Part shown: positions 29,780 to 39,249 of the stretch, piece after piece | Layout: each line of letters starts with the position of its first letter | Position numbering within the stretch: position 1 is the first letter of the stretch | DNA from: Promethearchaeota archaeon | GTDB lineage: Archaea; Asgardarchaeota; Lokiarchaeia; Sigyniarchaeales; SOKP01 | Direction of reading: 5' to 3' | Length of the DNA: 64,000 nucleotides | NCBI GenBank assembly: GCA_048940645.1 | Contig: JBHLOI010000014.1 | Location: 1-64,000, forward strand | Notes under the pieces: generated by a model | What the model was told of the DNA's origin: nothing | Databases searched by the model: none | The model's input: only the letters and a program-made list of their open reading frames with translations | Program-made: the position numbers and the translations under genes

Positions 29780-30973
29780 CTATATTTTATTTTTTACAAT
29801 ATTTTCGATAAAATCTTTAAACATTTCAATTTCTTTTGAAATTGTATATGTTTGGAATACATATTTACTTGCTGAATTTTGTAATCGTTTAAATTTTTCT
29901 GGATTTTCCAACCATAATTTATATACTTTAAGGATTTTTTCTATAATTTCATCTTCTGACAATTCTTCAAGAAAAAATGCAAAATCTTTTCCTTTTAAGA
30001 TATCAATTGCCCCAAATGTTTTAGTAGAGATTATAATCGATTTTCCTGCTAATGCTTCAATAATTACTCTTCCGAAAGGTTCTCTTCGTGACGAGGATAT
30101 AAAAACATCACAATTCTTAAAGGCTTCAACTAAATCTTTATAATCTATATATCCAAATAATTTTATATATTGAGGAAACCTTCGTATTAAGTCTTTTGTT
30201 TCTTCTTCTAAAGGTCCAAATCCATATATTTCAAACTTTAATCTTAATTCATTGTATTTCTTAATAAATCCTTCTATAGCCTTTAATAATACTCCGATTC
30301 CTTTATGTTCGTCATTAAGAGCACCTGCATACATTATTATTAAATTTGGATTTCTTTTTTTCTCAAAATCTTCATTAAAGAAATTCTCGATTTCTAATCC
30401 TTCAACTATATGAAAAACCTTCTTGGGAGTATAAAAATTTTCTAAAAATATTTTTGCGTGTTGTGAAATTGTTTGATGATAAAATCTTCTTTTAAAAAGG
30501 GAGAGAAGGAGAATTGAAAGCCGATATTTTAGATTATATAGAGAAAATAATTTTTCACTGTGTAATGGCCTATGATATCCAAGTATAAACTTTGTTTTAG
30601 GGTTTAAAAGATATAAAAGCATAAATATCAAATTATTTTTAACATTACTAACAGATAAATATACTACATCATTCTTTTTGATTTTTTTATGTAAACGTAT
30701 AACTTCTAATGGATGTGGAAAACTAAATTGTCTATTAGCTATATTAAATGTAGCAAAATTCATTCTTTCAATTTTTTTAAACTTAAAACCCCTTTCTTTT
30801 AGTTTTTCAATTGTCTCACGTTTAGTTAAAAATTTATCTGCATAGTAGAGGTTTGTATGAAATAATGTAGTGTTATAGTATTTCTGTAATCCTGCTGCCA
30901 GATCCATGGAATATATTTCTCCACCTCTTCCATATTCGAGAGATACTGGAGAAAATATAAAGATATTTACCAT
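29780..30973 (-). CDS. GT4 (GT-B) glycosyltransferase
   Basis: GRGGE, YAGAL...HKG, DVFISSSRREPFGRVIIEALAG. Confidence 0.9.
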   Translation of the reverse strand: MVNIFIFSPVSLEYGRGGEIYSMDLAAGLQKYYNTTLFHTNLYYADKFLTKRETIEKLKERGFKFKKIERMNFATFNIANRQFSFPHPLEVIRLHKKIKKNDVVYLSVSNVKNNLIFMLLYLLNPKTKFILGYHRPLHSEKLFSLYNLKYRLSILLLSLFKRRFYHQTISQHAKIFLENFYTPKKVFHIVEGLEIENFFNEDFEKKRNPNLIIMYAGALNDEHKGIGVLLKAIEGFIKKYNELRLKFEIYGFGPLEEETKDLIRRFPQYIKLFGYIDYKDLVEAFKNCDVFISSSRREPFGRVIIEALAGKSIIISTKTFGAIDILKGKDFAFFLEELSEDEIIEKILKVYKLWLENPEKFKRLQNSASKYVFQTYTISKEIEMFKDFIENIVKNKI

Positions 30974-31243
30974 TTTTATAACTGCCTTTAAGTATTACTA
31001 AATAACTCAATTAAAGTTAAATATTTCAAATAAAACGCTCATAACTTTATTTTTAATATAAAACTTTCTTATCATCTTAGAGTTAAAATATTAAAAATTT
31101 AATTAAAAAAAAAATTTTCTAAAAATTTTTTCAGATTTCAATGTAAATTTTAAAAACTATTATTTCTACTTTTTAAACTCATCTTAGCATTTACCAAAAA
31201 TAAGAAAAAAAAATTTTTTTTATTTATTTAATTATATACTTAA

Positions 31244-32707
31244 ATGTTTGAAAATGAAACTGAAAAAACTGTTTTTCTAATAACTATTGATGCATTAAGA
31301 GCAGATCATTTAAAACAATATGGATATTCCTTAAATACAGCGCCATACCTAGATAAATTCATAAAACAAGGATCTACTTTTAATAATGCATACACAAATG
31401 GTCCTGCGACTCCATCTTCATTTTCTGCTATTTTTACATCGATCTTACCTCTTTTAAATGGTGGATATAGCCCCTTACCTAATGAAAAGGTTACTTTTCC
31501 TCAACTTTTAAAAAAAAAAGGGGTTTTCAACTACGGGATTCATAGCAATCCAAATTTAGGGGCTTTTTTCAATTACAACCGCGGATTTGATATATTTTTG
31601 GATGGAGAAAGATATAAAATTGAAAAAGATCGTCCAATTAAGAAAGGAATACGTTATCAATTGATTTATGTTATAAAGAAGATTTTCAATTACAAAAACT
31701 TCTCAAGAAAGTTAATATATAGATTTAAAGGTTTCAATCGATTTATAGATTGGGTTAGAACTAAATTCCCCTTTATTACAGACGTGTTGTTGCCATTTAC
31801 ACCAATGTCTTATAATGCCACATATATAATTAATAAAATAGTCTCTTTTTTGAACAACCATAAAGGACCACTTTTCATATGGGCTCATTTTATGGAAACT
31901 CATGGTCCATATAACCCTCCTTCGAAAAATGTATTAAATCTTAGAAAATTTGATATAGATTCTAATGAAAGGGAGTATTTATCCAAGGAAATTCTTGTAC
32001 ACCACCAAAAATATAAAATCTCAAGGGAGATATTAGACAAATTAATAGTTCTTTATGATGGAGAAATTAATTTCTGTGATGAAAATTTAAGAAATTTATT
32101 TGAATATATAAATTATCATTATAAGAAGAATACCTTGATTATAATTACCTCAGATCATGGAGAATCTCTTTATGAGCACGGACTTCTTGGGCACCAAGGA
32201 AGTGTTTATCAAGAATTATTAAGAGTCCCTCTTTTTATTGTTGAAAAAGGAGTAAGTACCAATTTAAAATATATTAAAGAGAAAGTACAATTAATAGATA
32301 TTGCACCCACAATATTAGATTATTTTGGGATAGAAATTCCAGAATGCTTTCAAGGGAAAAGCTTGATTCCTTTAATGAGGGGTGTTCCCCGAAAAGGGGA
32401 TGATTTTATTATTTCTGCTTGCTACCAAAAGAATAGAATGATGAAAAGAAATCATAGAGAAGGCTTTCTTCTAATATCTATTCAAAAAGCAGAATGGAAA
32501 TACATTTTTGATGAGGAACTAAATCAAGAATATTTATTTGATTTACACAAAGATCCTAATGAAAATACCAATTTAGTTAATATAAATAAGCAAAAAGCCA
32601 ATGAATTCAGATTAATAAAGCAATATCATCTAATTAGATCACAAGAAACGGATGAAAGATATAGAATTAGCTCTGCAATTAGTAAATTAAAGTCTAAATT
32701 ACGATAA
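31244..32707 (+). CDS. Sulfatase-like hydrolase/transferase
   Basis: ITIDALRADH, HFMETHGPY, YDGEI...D, TSDHGE, HGLLGH, DIAPTILD, YLFDL..DPNE; the active-site position reads ATPSSF rather than CxPxR. Confidence 0.85.
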   Translation: MFENETEKTVFLITIDALRADHLKQYGYSLNTAPYLDKFIKQGSTFNNAYTNGPATPSSFSAIFTSILPLLNGGYSPLPNEKVTFPQLLKKKGVFNYGIHSNPNLGAFFNYNRGFDIFLDGERYKIEKDRPIKKGIRYQLIYVIKKIFNYKNFSRKLIYRFKGFNRFIDWVRTKFPFITDVLLPFTPMSYNATYIINKIVSFLNNHKGPLFIWAHFMETHGPYNPPSKNVLNLRKFDIDSNEREYLSKEILVHHQKYKISREILDKLIVLYDGEINFCDENLRNLFEYINYHYKKNTLIIITSDHGESLYEHGLLGHQGSVYQELLRVPLFIVEKGVSTNLKYIKEKVQLIDIAPTILDYFGIEIPECFQGKSLIPLMRGVPRKGDDFIISACYQKNRMMKRNHREGFLLISIQKAEWKYIFDEELNQEYLFDLHKDPNENTNLVNINKQKANEFRLIKQYHLIRSQETDERYRISSAISKLKSKLR

Positions 32708-32739
32708 TTTTATAAAAATTAAGAAGAAAAAAGATGGAT

Positions 32740-33468
32740 TTATAAATTTAAAACCTGTTTTTGTATTTGAATTAATTCTAATATTCCCTTTTGACCAAGC
32801 TCTAAAATTTCGTTTAATTTGTCTTTATTAAACGTTTTGCCTTCAGCTGTACCCTGAATCTCTATAAATTCTAAATCTTCATTTACCACGAGATTAAAAT
32901 CAACATCTACTTTTGAATCTTCATTATAATTCAAATCCAAAATAACTTTATCATCCTTAATACCTAAGGATATGGCCGCAGTAACTTTGTAATCTGGGAA
33001 GTCATATATTAATTTCTCATTATATAAATAATTTATAGCATCAAAAACTGCCACAAACGCTCCAGTAATAGCAGCACATCTTGTACCTCCATCTGCTTGA
33101 ATAACATCACAATCTATTTGGATAGTTCTTTCTCCTATTTTTTCATAATTAAACGCAGCACGCATTGATCTCCCTATTAAGCGTTGTATCTCATGGGTTC
33201 GACCTTTTATCCTTAATCTATTCCTTTCTCGATTATTTCGTGATTGAGTAGCTCTAGGTAACATATTATACTCAGCAGTTATCCATCCAGTACCTGTATC
33301 AGCTAAAAATTTAGGAACATAATCTAAAATAGATGCTGTTATAATTATTTTAGTACTACCCTGAGTAATTAAGACAGAACCTTCTGGATATTTAAGATAA
33401 TTACGTTCTATATTGGTTTTTCGAATCTCATTAAAGATTCTTCCATCATTCCTTACTTTACCAAGCAT
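32740..33468 (-). CDS. rph: Ribonuclease PH (bacterial type)
   Basis: GWITAEYNMLPRAT, GRTHEIQRLIGRS, IDCDVIQADGGTR, DLNYNEDS..DVD, EIQGTAE. Confidence 0.93.
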   Translation of the reverse strand: MLGKVRNDGRIFNEIRKTNIERNYLKYPEGSVLITQGSTKIIITASILDYVPKFLADTGTGWITAEYNMLPRATQSRNNRERNRLRIKGRTHEIQRLIGRSMRAAFNYEKIGERTIQIDCDVIQADGGTRCAAITGAFVAVFDAINYLYNEKLIYDFPDYKVTAAISLGIKDDKVILDLNYNEDSKVDVDFNLVVNEDLEFIEIQGTAEGKTFNKDKLNEILELGQKGILELIQIQKQVLNL

Positions 33469-33580
33469 ATTAACCGAACCAAATTAAACTCTTTAGAATT
33501 GTTAAACGTGATATATTTAATTAAAAAAGAAATAATTAAAATACTTTTAGAAATCAAATTACTTCAAAGTAAAGAGATTT

Positions 33581-34696
33581 TTATTTCATAGGGTAAGATC
33601 CAAGGATTTTATGCCAAATAACATTTGTTTTCATTAATTGAAGTGCTTCCTTAACATATGGAGCATCTCTATCTCCTTCAAAATCCATAAAGAAAATATA
33701 TTCCCAGCGGATTTTTCTGCTAGGTCTGGATTCGATCTTAGATAAATTTATTTTTGCATCAGAAAATATTTTTAGAACGTTGTATAAAGCACCAGGTACA
33801 TGTTTAGTAGCAAATACTACTGAAGTTTTCGTCTTTTCGGTTTTTAATGGATATTCTTTTTTAGATAATACTAAAAATCGTGTATAATTTATCGGCTCAT
33901 CTTCAATTTTAGATTTTAGAATCTCTAAATCATAAACTTTACTCGCAAATACCGTCCCTATAGCCCCATAAGATTTGTCATTTAATTTACGAACTCTTCT
34001 AACGGCTTCTGCAGTTGAGCTTACATTGATCAAATTTGCATTAGGTAAATTTTCTTTCATCCATAAACGTGTTTGGGCGAATGCTTGAGGATGTGAGAAT
34101 ATATGTTTAATATCAATAACTTTTGACTCCTTTAAGCCAATCAAATTTTGAATAATTCTTAATTCAATCTCGCTATAGATAAGAAGTTCTTTTTCGATTA
34201 ATATATCAATAGTTTCTAGAACAGTCCCTTGTAAACTATTTTCTATAGGAACTACTCCAAAAACAATCACATCCTTTTCAATATCATTAAATATATCTAA
34301 TGAGCTGTTATATGGAATAAATTTTGAACCTGATTTAGGAAATAATTCAAGTGCCGCTTGATGGGTGAAAGTCCCCATAGGTCCTAGATATCCAACATTA
34401 ATGATTTTTCCTTGAATAGCTTTACTAGCACCAATAATTTCATTCCAAATTAATTCCATATTTGACTTTTTAAAAACAGATGATTTATTTTTAATCCTCC
34501 CTATAACCTCTCTTTCCCTGTGTAGCTGAGTAAGGTCTAGTTTTAACTTTTTTTTAATTTCTCCTAATTTAATAGCGAGATTTCCTCTTTTGTTTAATAA
34601 ATCAACAATATTATCATCAATTTCATCAATTTCTTTTCTATATAATTCCAATTCTTTCTTAAGTTCTTCATTATTGCTCAATATTAAAACCTTCAA
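33581..34696 (-). CDS. pheA: Chorismate mutase/prephenate dehydratase (P-protein)
   Basis: RKEIDEID CM domain, YLGPMGTFT, VVPIENS..G, SHPQAFAQ, NYTRF, ACT domain INLSKIESRP. Likely start is TTG 34681. Confidence 0.93.
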   Translation of the reverse strand: MKVLILSNNEELKKELELYRKEIDEIDDNIVDLLNKRGNLAIKLGEIKKKLKLDLTQLHREREVIGRIKNKSSVFKKSNMELIWNEIIGASKAIQGKIINVGYLGPMGTFTHQAALELFPKSGSKFIPYNSSLDIFNDIEKDVIVFGVVPIENSLQGTVLETIDILIEKELLIYSEIELRIIQNLIGLKESKVIDIKHIFSHPQAFAQTRLWMKENLPNANLINVSSTAEAVRRVRKLNDKSYGAIGTVFASKVYDLEILKSKIEDEPINYTRFLVLSKKEYPLKTEKTKTSVVFATKHVPGALYNVLKIFSDAKINLSKIESRPSRKIRWEYIFFMDFEGDRDAPYVKEALQLMKTNVIWHKILGSYPMK

Positions 34697-34742
34697 AAAA
34701 TGTTTCTAATATTCTAATGAATTTTATTCTTTATTGCATATG

Positions 34743-36440
34743 CTATAAAACATTTTCAGTTAATAATTCCAAATTCAATTCCATTGCGGCTACAGGGAAC
34801 TCCAATTTAAAATTTACTAATACTTCTGGATGAATTTCTCCAATTTCTCCAATAATAGACCCATTCAAATGGATTTCTCCATATCTGCCAGAAATGTAAG
34901 TTGGATTCTTTCCTGGCTTTACTTGGTAATTTGAGTAATGACCAAGTGATGTCATTATAAAGTCCAATGTTGATCGTATCTCTGTAAAATCAGCATCATC
35001 ATGATAAGTAACTGCTGAGAGATGTACTTCTCTCTTAGCACCTGTTTCTTCTTTAGGTGCTAATAATATCACATCCCCTACCTCGAAAATTCTAATTGGC
35101 TTTTCCTCAGAACGATTATAAAGAAGTGTTTCCATTAATTTTGGAAGAATTCTCGTACGTGTAGTATTGTATTCCTTAGAAACTGGATTTGCAATTTGAA
35201 GTGATTTTTCCTCTTTAAATTCTTGTTTCATATAATTATAATGTTTCTCAGAATTAGATAATATAAAGTTTAAAACTTCTAAATATCCTGCTCCGATCAT
35301 AAAAGTACGTACTTTATTTGAGAAGGTTTGAAGAGGATGATACTCTCCAATACAACCTTCTTTAATTGTTTTAGGAATATTAAAATATCCATATCCAATT
35401 CCACATTCTTCCGTAAAATCAACAACGTGCATTATATCTCCGCGATAAGCTGGTACCCATATGTCTAGGTGCCCTTTCTTCCTGGAACTTTTGGCTTCCA
35501 TTCTAACTTTTTGAAAACATTTAACCATTTCTATAGCTGATAAATTCAATCCAATATAGTCATTAATATAATCAATATTTACTTCCCACTTATTAGGTTT
35601 TAGATTGGGAGTAACTATTTCTTTTTCACCTTCATAATTTACTTTAACACTTTCGATTAATGCGTCCATGTCTGCTAATGTTGTTACTAAGATATTTAAG
35701 GCTAAGTTTACCGCATTAAAATCAGTTCCTGTTAAATCTAAGAAAAGATTTTGTGTTTGCTCTGTAACTGTTGTTAGCTCCCCATTAATGATTGGAGGAA
35801 AGGAAAGTACTTCATTATTTTTATCAAAAATAATAGGATAAACTTCTTTTTCTTCTAAGATATGAGCATATTCAATTCCTTTTTCGTGTAAAAGTAAAAT
35901 TTCCTCTAAATTCATGGGATATCCATCTCCATGCAAGGGAGTAAAGCTAACAGAATCTGGTTTAACTGCGGTATAACGATAAGGAGGAATCACTTTATCA
36001 AAATCGTGGACTCCTATTGCGACTTTCTTCCTATCTCTACCAACAGCCCAATGCAAGTGTTCTTGAATATTCATTAAAGTAGCGACCTCGTCCTCATCTA
36101 AATCAATATTACGGATCACGGCACATACAATAAACGGTCTGACTTTTTTAACTGAAGGATCTACGTTTAAAACTATTTCTCCAGGAGTAACCTCATATTG
36201 GGGCAACCCTAATTCAATTTCATAATAACCTTTTAATGTTCGTGCAATACCTTCTGGACTTGAGAAATCAGGTCTATTTGGGTTATATTCCACTTTAATT
36301 TTTTGCTCTTCCTCATTAACACCCTCCAAATCAAGGCTAATCCATTGTAAATCATATTCCAAATCTTGAATATTTAACTTTTTTCCCACCAGTCTTTCTA
36401 ATCTTTCAATTTTTAATTCTAATGTTGGAATTCTTTTCAC
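34743..36440 (-). CDS. pheT: Phenylalanyl-tRNA synthetase beta subunit (archaeal type)
   Basis: PNRPD, QEHLH..VGRDRKKVAIGVHD, LSFPPIING, YRGDIMH..D..E, GEIHPEVL. Possible true start is ATT 36431. Confidence 0.96.
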   Translation of the reverse strand: MKRIPTLELKIERLERLVGKKLNIQDLEYDLQWISLDLEGVNEEEQKIKVEYNPNRPDFSSPEGIARTLKGYYEIELGLPQYEVTPGEIVLNVDPSVKKVRPFIVCAVIRNIDLDEDEVATLMNIQEHLHWAVGRDRKKVAIGVHDFDKVIPPYRYTAVKPDSVSFTPLHGDGYPMNLEEILLLHEKGIEYAHILEEKEVYPIIFDKNNEVLSFPPIINGELTTVTEQTQNLFLDLTGTDFNAVNLALNILVTTLADMDALIESVKVNYEGEKEIVTPNLKPNKWEVNIDYINDYIGLNLSAIEMVKCFQKVRMEAKSSRKKGHLDIWVPAYRGDIMHVVDFTEECGIGYGYFNIPKTIKEGCIGEYHPLQTFSNKVRTFMIGAGYLEVLNFILSNSEKHYNYMKQEFKEEKSLQIANPVSKEYNTTRTRILPKLMETLLYNRSEEKPIRIFEVGDVILLAPKEETGAKREVHLSAVTYHDDADFTEIRSTLDFIMTSLGHYSNYQVKPGKNPTYISGRYGEIHLNGSIIGEIGEIHPEVLVNFKLEFPVAAMELNLELLTENVL

Positions 36441-36447
36441 CTCGATT

Positions 36448-37983
36448 TTAATAAGCCTGTTGTCTTAACCATTTTATTGGATTGATATACAAATCTCTTA
36501 TATCTTCTCGTCCATAATATAACATTGCTATCCGCTCAAGACCCTGCCCCCATGCGAGTACTCTTGTGGGTTCTTTAATTCCGAAAGGGTAGGTCACTTC
36601 TGGGCGAAAAATTCCACTTCCCCCCATTTCTAGCCATTCACCTAACTTATCATAATAAACTGAAACTTCCATACTAGGTTCTGTATAAGGAAAAAAGCCT
36701 GGTCGAGTAATAATCTTTTTAAATCCCATTTTTCTATAGAATTCTGATAAAAGTCCGATAAGATCACCTAGATTTACGTGATCATCAATAACTATACCTT
36801 CTACCTGCATAAATTCTGCTAGATGTGATTTATCAACTCTTTCATTCCTAAATACGCGGTCTATACAAAAAACTTTTACAGGTACATTTTCATTATTTTT
36901 ATAGAATTGAGCTAAACGTCTAATAGTTGTTGCTGTCGTATGGGTTCTTAAAACTGTTCTTTTTGCAATATCCTCATCCCATTCATACCCCCATCCAATC
37001 GAGTTAGAATCTCCCCCATTTTCATGGGTTTCTTTTACCGCAAGTACTCTATCTTTTTCTGGTAATCTTGCCACTTTAGGATTATTCAGATAAAAAGTAT
37101 CCTGCATTTCTCTCGCTGGATGATCTTGAGGTTGAAATAAAGCATCAAAATTAAAAAAGGCACTCTCTACAATAGGACCACGTATTTCAGTAAAACCCAT
37201 TGATAAGAAGATTTCTCTTATTTCATTTATTAAGGCAATAACGGGATGAAACTTACCAGCCTTTAAGAGAGGGCCTGGCTTAGTTATATCAAAAGCTTTT
37301 AAGTCATAAGTATTCCAAGAGCCATTTATAAGCATTTTAGATGTAATCTTACTAACTTGTTTTAATTCTTTGATTTTTGAAAGTTGTAACTTCTTACCTT
37401 TTTCTGTTAGAAATATTATTCTTTCAATCTTTTTCGTTTTAATAATCAATTTTCTTTTATTTAGAATTTCAATATGTTCTAAATCCTCTTTCGAAAATAT
37501 AGAATAATCTAAAAACTTATTTTCTTTAAACTTATTTAAGAGTTTTTCCAATTTGGTTTCAGAGTAGTCTTCCGTTATAAGATAAACTTTATTATCCCCT
37601 GTTGCCTTACTCTGAGCAATCCAACGATTTCTTTTCATATTTGAAAGGCCAATGTAGAAGATATTTTTATCTAATTTAGATCTCTTTAAAAAATCTTCAA
37701 TAGATATTTCTTTAATCTCATTTTTTAATAAAAGTTGTAATAATTGTCTTTCAGGTAATCCTTTTTCTAGATATCCTTGCCCCTCTTCATTTAATGAGAT
37801 TCTATTAATCTCTTTCTCTTTAAATCCGCCTAAATTATATTCAATTAAATCATTTACAGCAGACATAAGCACTATATAATCAATATTTAGTTCCAGAGCT
37901 AAATTTTCTGCAATAACTTTTTCTTTTTTTTCTTTTAAAATCTTTAATATCTTTATTACTTGTTTTTTAAGCCTGATTGCCAT
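36448..37983 (-). CDS. pheS: Phenylalanyl-tRNA synthetase alpha subunit (archaeal type)
   Basis: FNFDALFQPQDHPAREMQDTFY, LRTHTT, RVFRNE, FFPYTEPS, GGSGIFRPE, WGQGLER. Confidence 0.97.
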   Translation of the reverse strand: MAIRLKKQVIKILKILKEKKEKVIAENLALELNIDYIVLMSAVNDLIEYNLGGFKEKEINRISLNEEGQGYLEKGLPERQLLQLLLKNEIKEISIEDFLKRSKLDKNIFYIGLSNMKRNRWIAQSKATGDNKVYLITEDYSETKLEKLLNKFKENKFLDYSIFSKEDLEHIEILNKRKLIIKTKKIERIIFLTEKGKKLQLSKIKELKQVSKITSKMLINGSWNTYDLKAFDITKPGPLLKAGKFHPVIALINEIREIFLSMGFTEIRGPIVESAFFNFDALFQPQDHPAREMQDTFYLNNPKVARLPEKDRVLAVKETHENGGDSNSIGWGYEWDEDIAKRTVLRTHTTATTIRRLAQFYKNNENVPVKVFCIDRVFRNERVDKSHLAEFMQVEGIVIDDHVNLGDLIGLLSEFYRKMGFKKIITRPGFFPYTEPSMEVSVYYDKLGEWLEMGGSGIFRPEVTYPFGIKEPTRVLAWGQGLERIAMLYYGREDIRDLYINPIKWLRQQAY

Positions 37984-38158
37984 GTGATTAAATCCAAAAT
38001 TTTTTCCATTTTATTATATAATTTCTAAATTTTTAACTTATTTAAACTTTACGCGCGAAATTTTACTTAAAATTATCCTATCTTAAATTAGAATAAATCT
38101 ATAGTTACTAAGGAAGAAATTTGTTCATTTTTATCAATTAAAATAGACAATATCCGCA

Positions 38159-38202
38159 GCCAAGGGAAAAAAACTTAAAAAATTAATTTTTACACCCTTG
38201 GC
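38159..38202. repeat. Perfect GC-rich inverted repeat GCCAAGGG...CCCTTGGC in the coaD-pheS intergenic region
   Basis: Arms at 38159-38166 and 38195-38202 enclose the palindrome AAAAATTAATTTTT (38178-38191). Confidence 0.6.
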
Positions 38203-38344
38203 AAAATAAAGAATTGAAAGAAAAATGAAGCTTGATTGAGATGATATTCCGAGTATAATTTGTTAATAGCGTTAAGCAATTGAATCGCAACTCAAGCAAT
38301 TAATTAATATAATTCTAAATATCAAGGTTCCTTAAAAAAACTTT

Positions 38345-38800
38345 TTACATTAACTGTTCACGAATCGCTGTAGAACTAATTTTTTGATTTTTGTAGTCTT
38401 TAATAATTGGTATTACAATTAAAATTAAAGGACTAAATCCTTTGCTTTCTCTTATTTCATTAATCTTGAGTGCAGTATTATAAGTTTCTTGACTTACGAT
38501 AATGCTTTCGTAATCAGGTTCATGAATAGGAGGTCCATATGGATCTTCTAAAGGTATAATTTCTACTCTACTAATATCAGTGAATGTCTTGATAAATTCC
38601 TTTAAATTTTCTTCTCTTGTTTTATAATTTTCTATTTTAGAAGGAAATTTTTTATTTTTTAATAAACTTTGAGTCGTTAAACCAATAATCACTTTTCTTG
38701 AGAGAGACAAAGCAATCTTAATTAAGTATTTGTGGCCTTCATGAAGATGGTCGAAAGATCCACCCATTCCTAATTTATTAAAAATAAGGAAACACCACAC
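38345..38800 (-). CDS. coaD: Phosphopantetheine adenylyltransferase (archaeal/eukaryotic type)
   Basis: GGSFDHLHEGH, DPYGP, IIVSQET...A.KINEIR, KISSTAIR. Possible true start is ATT 38785. Confidence 0.9.
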   Translation of the reverse strand: MWCFLIFNKLGMGGSFDHLHEGHKYLIKIALSLSRKVIIGLTTQSLLKNKKFPSKIENYKTREENLKEFIKTFTDISRVEIIPLEDPYGPPIHEPDYESIIVSQETYNTALKINEIRESKGFSPLILIVIPIIKDYKNQKISSTAIREQLM

Positions 38801-38823
38801 TAATTATACAATTAACTAATTTA

Positions 38824-39249
38824 TTACTTAGCTTTACTTTTTAGGTCTTCTTCTTTTTTAGCTACTGCTGGTTTTTTTAATTTTACACTATAGATTTGAT
38901 CTATTAGCATTCGATCCCCGCAATCATTACATGTTTCTACTTCTCTAAAAACATAATCTCCGTGTTGGTAATTTCTTACTTTCGTGATCCCACACACATT
39001 ACATTTTAAAATGGACAGAGTTTGCATAATTGGTTCAGATTGACGTTTTTTAATTTGAATTAATGTGGAACCTAAGCATATAAATGAAAAACCTATAAAC
39101 CAGTTAGTGACTTGATCGGTACCACTGGCTAAATAAATAAAAAGTGCTCCAACTATGATTAGCAGAACTAAGAGTAAGTTTTTTAGCACACTTTTTAATG
39201 AGACCTTCTTCTTTAAAATCTCCTCATCATCATCCTCATCGTCGATCAT
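38824..39249 (-). CDS. Two-TM membrane protein with C-terminal zinc ribbon
   Basis: Two hydrophobic helices, CNVC...GDYVF...CNDC; divergent from DUF1512. Confidence 0.75.
   Translation of the reverse strand: MIDDEDDDEEILKKKVSLKSVLKNLLLVLLIIVGALFIYLASGTDQVTNWFIGFSFICLGSTLIQIKKRQSEPIMQTLSILKCNVCGITKVRNYQHGDYVFREVETCNDCGDRMLIDQIYSVKLKKPAVAKKEEDLKSKAK

Noticed and set aside
28415-30973. GT4 and AP paralogue 2 are in the same frame, separated by a single TAG (29780), suggesting readthrough or a pyrrolysine fusion
   Set aside because: Paralogue 1 is free-standing with the same N-terminus, SD and ATA, and the 19 linker codons show no recognisable protein similarity. Independent ATA initiation is simpler, and TAG is an ordinary stop elsewhere in the window.
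38133-38260. Phe-containing short minus-strand frame upstream of pheS as an attenuator peptide
   Set aside because: No canonical start or SD, and Phe codons are expected by chance in T-rich DNA
38236-38295. SECIS-like ATGA...AA...GA pattern
   Set aside because: Helix II pairs poorly and no gene with an in-frame TGA lies upstream on that strand
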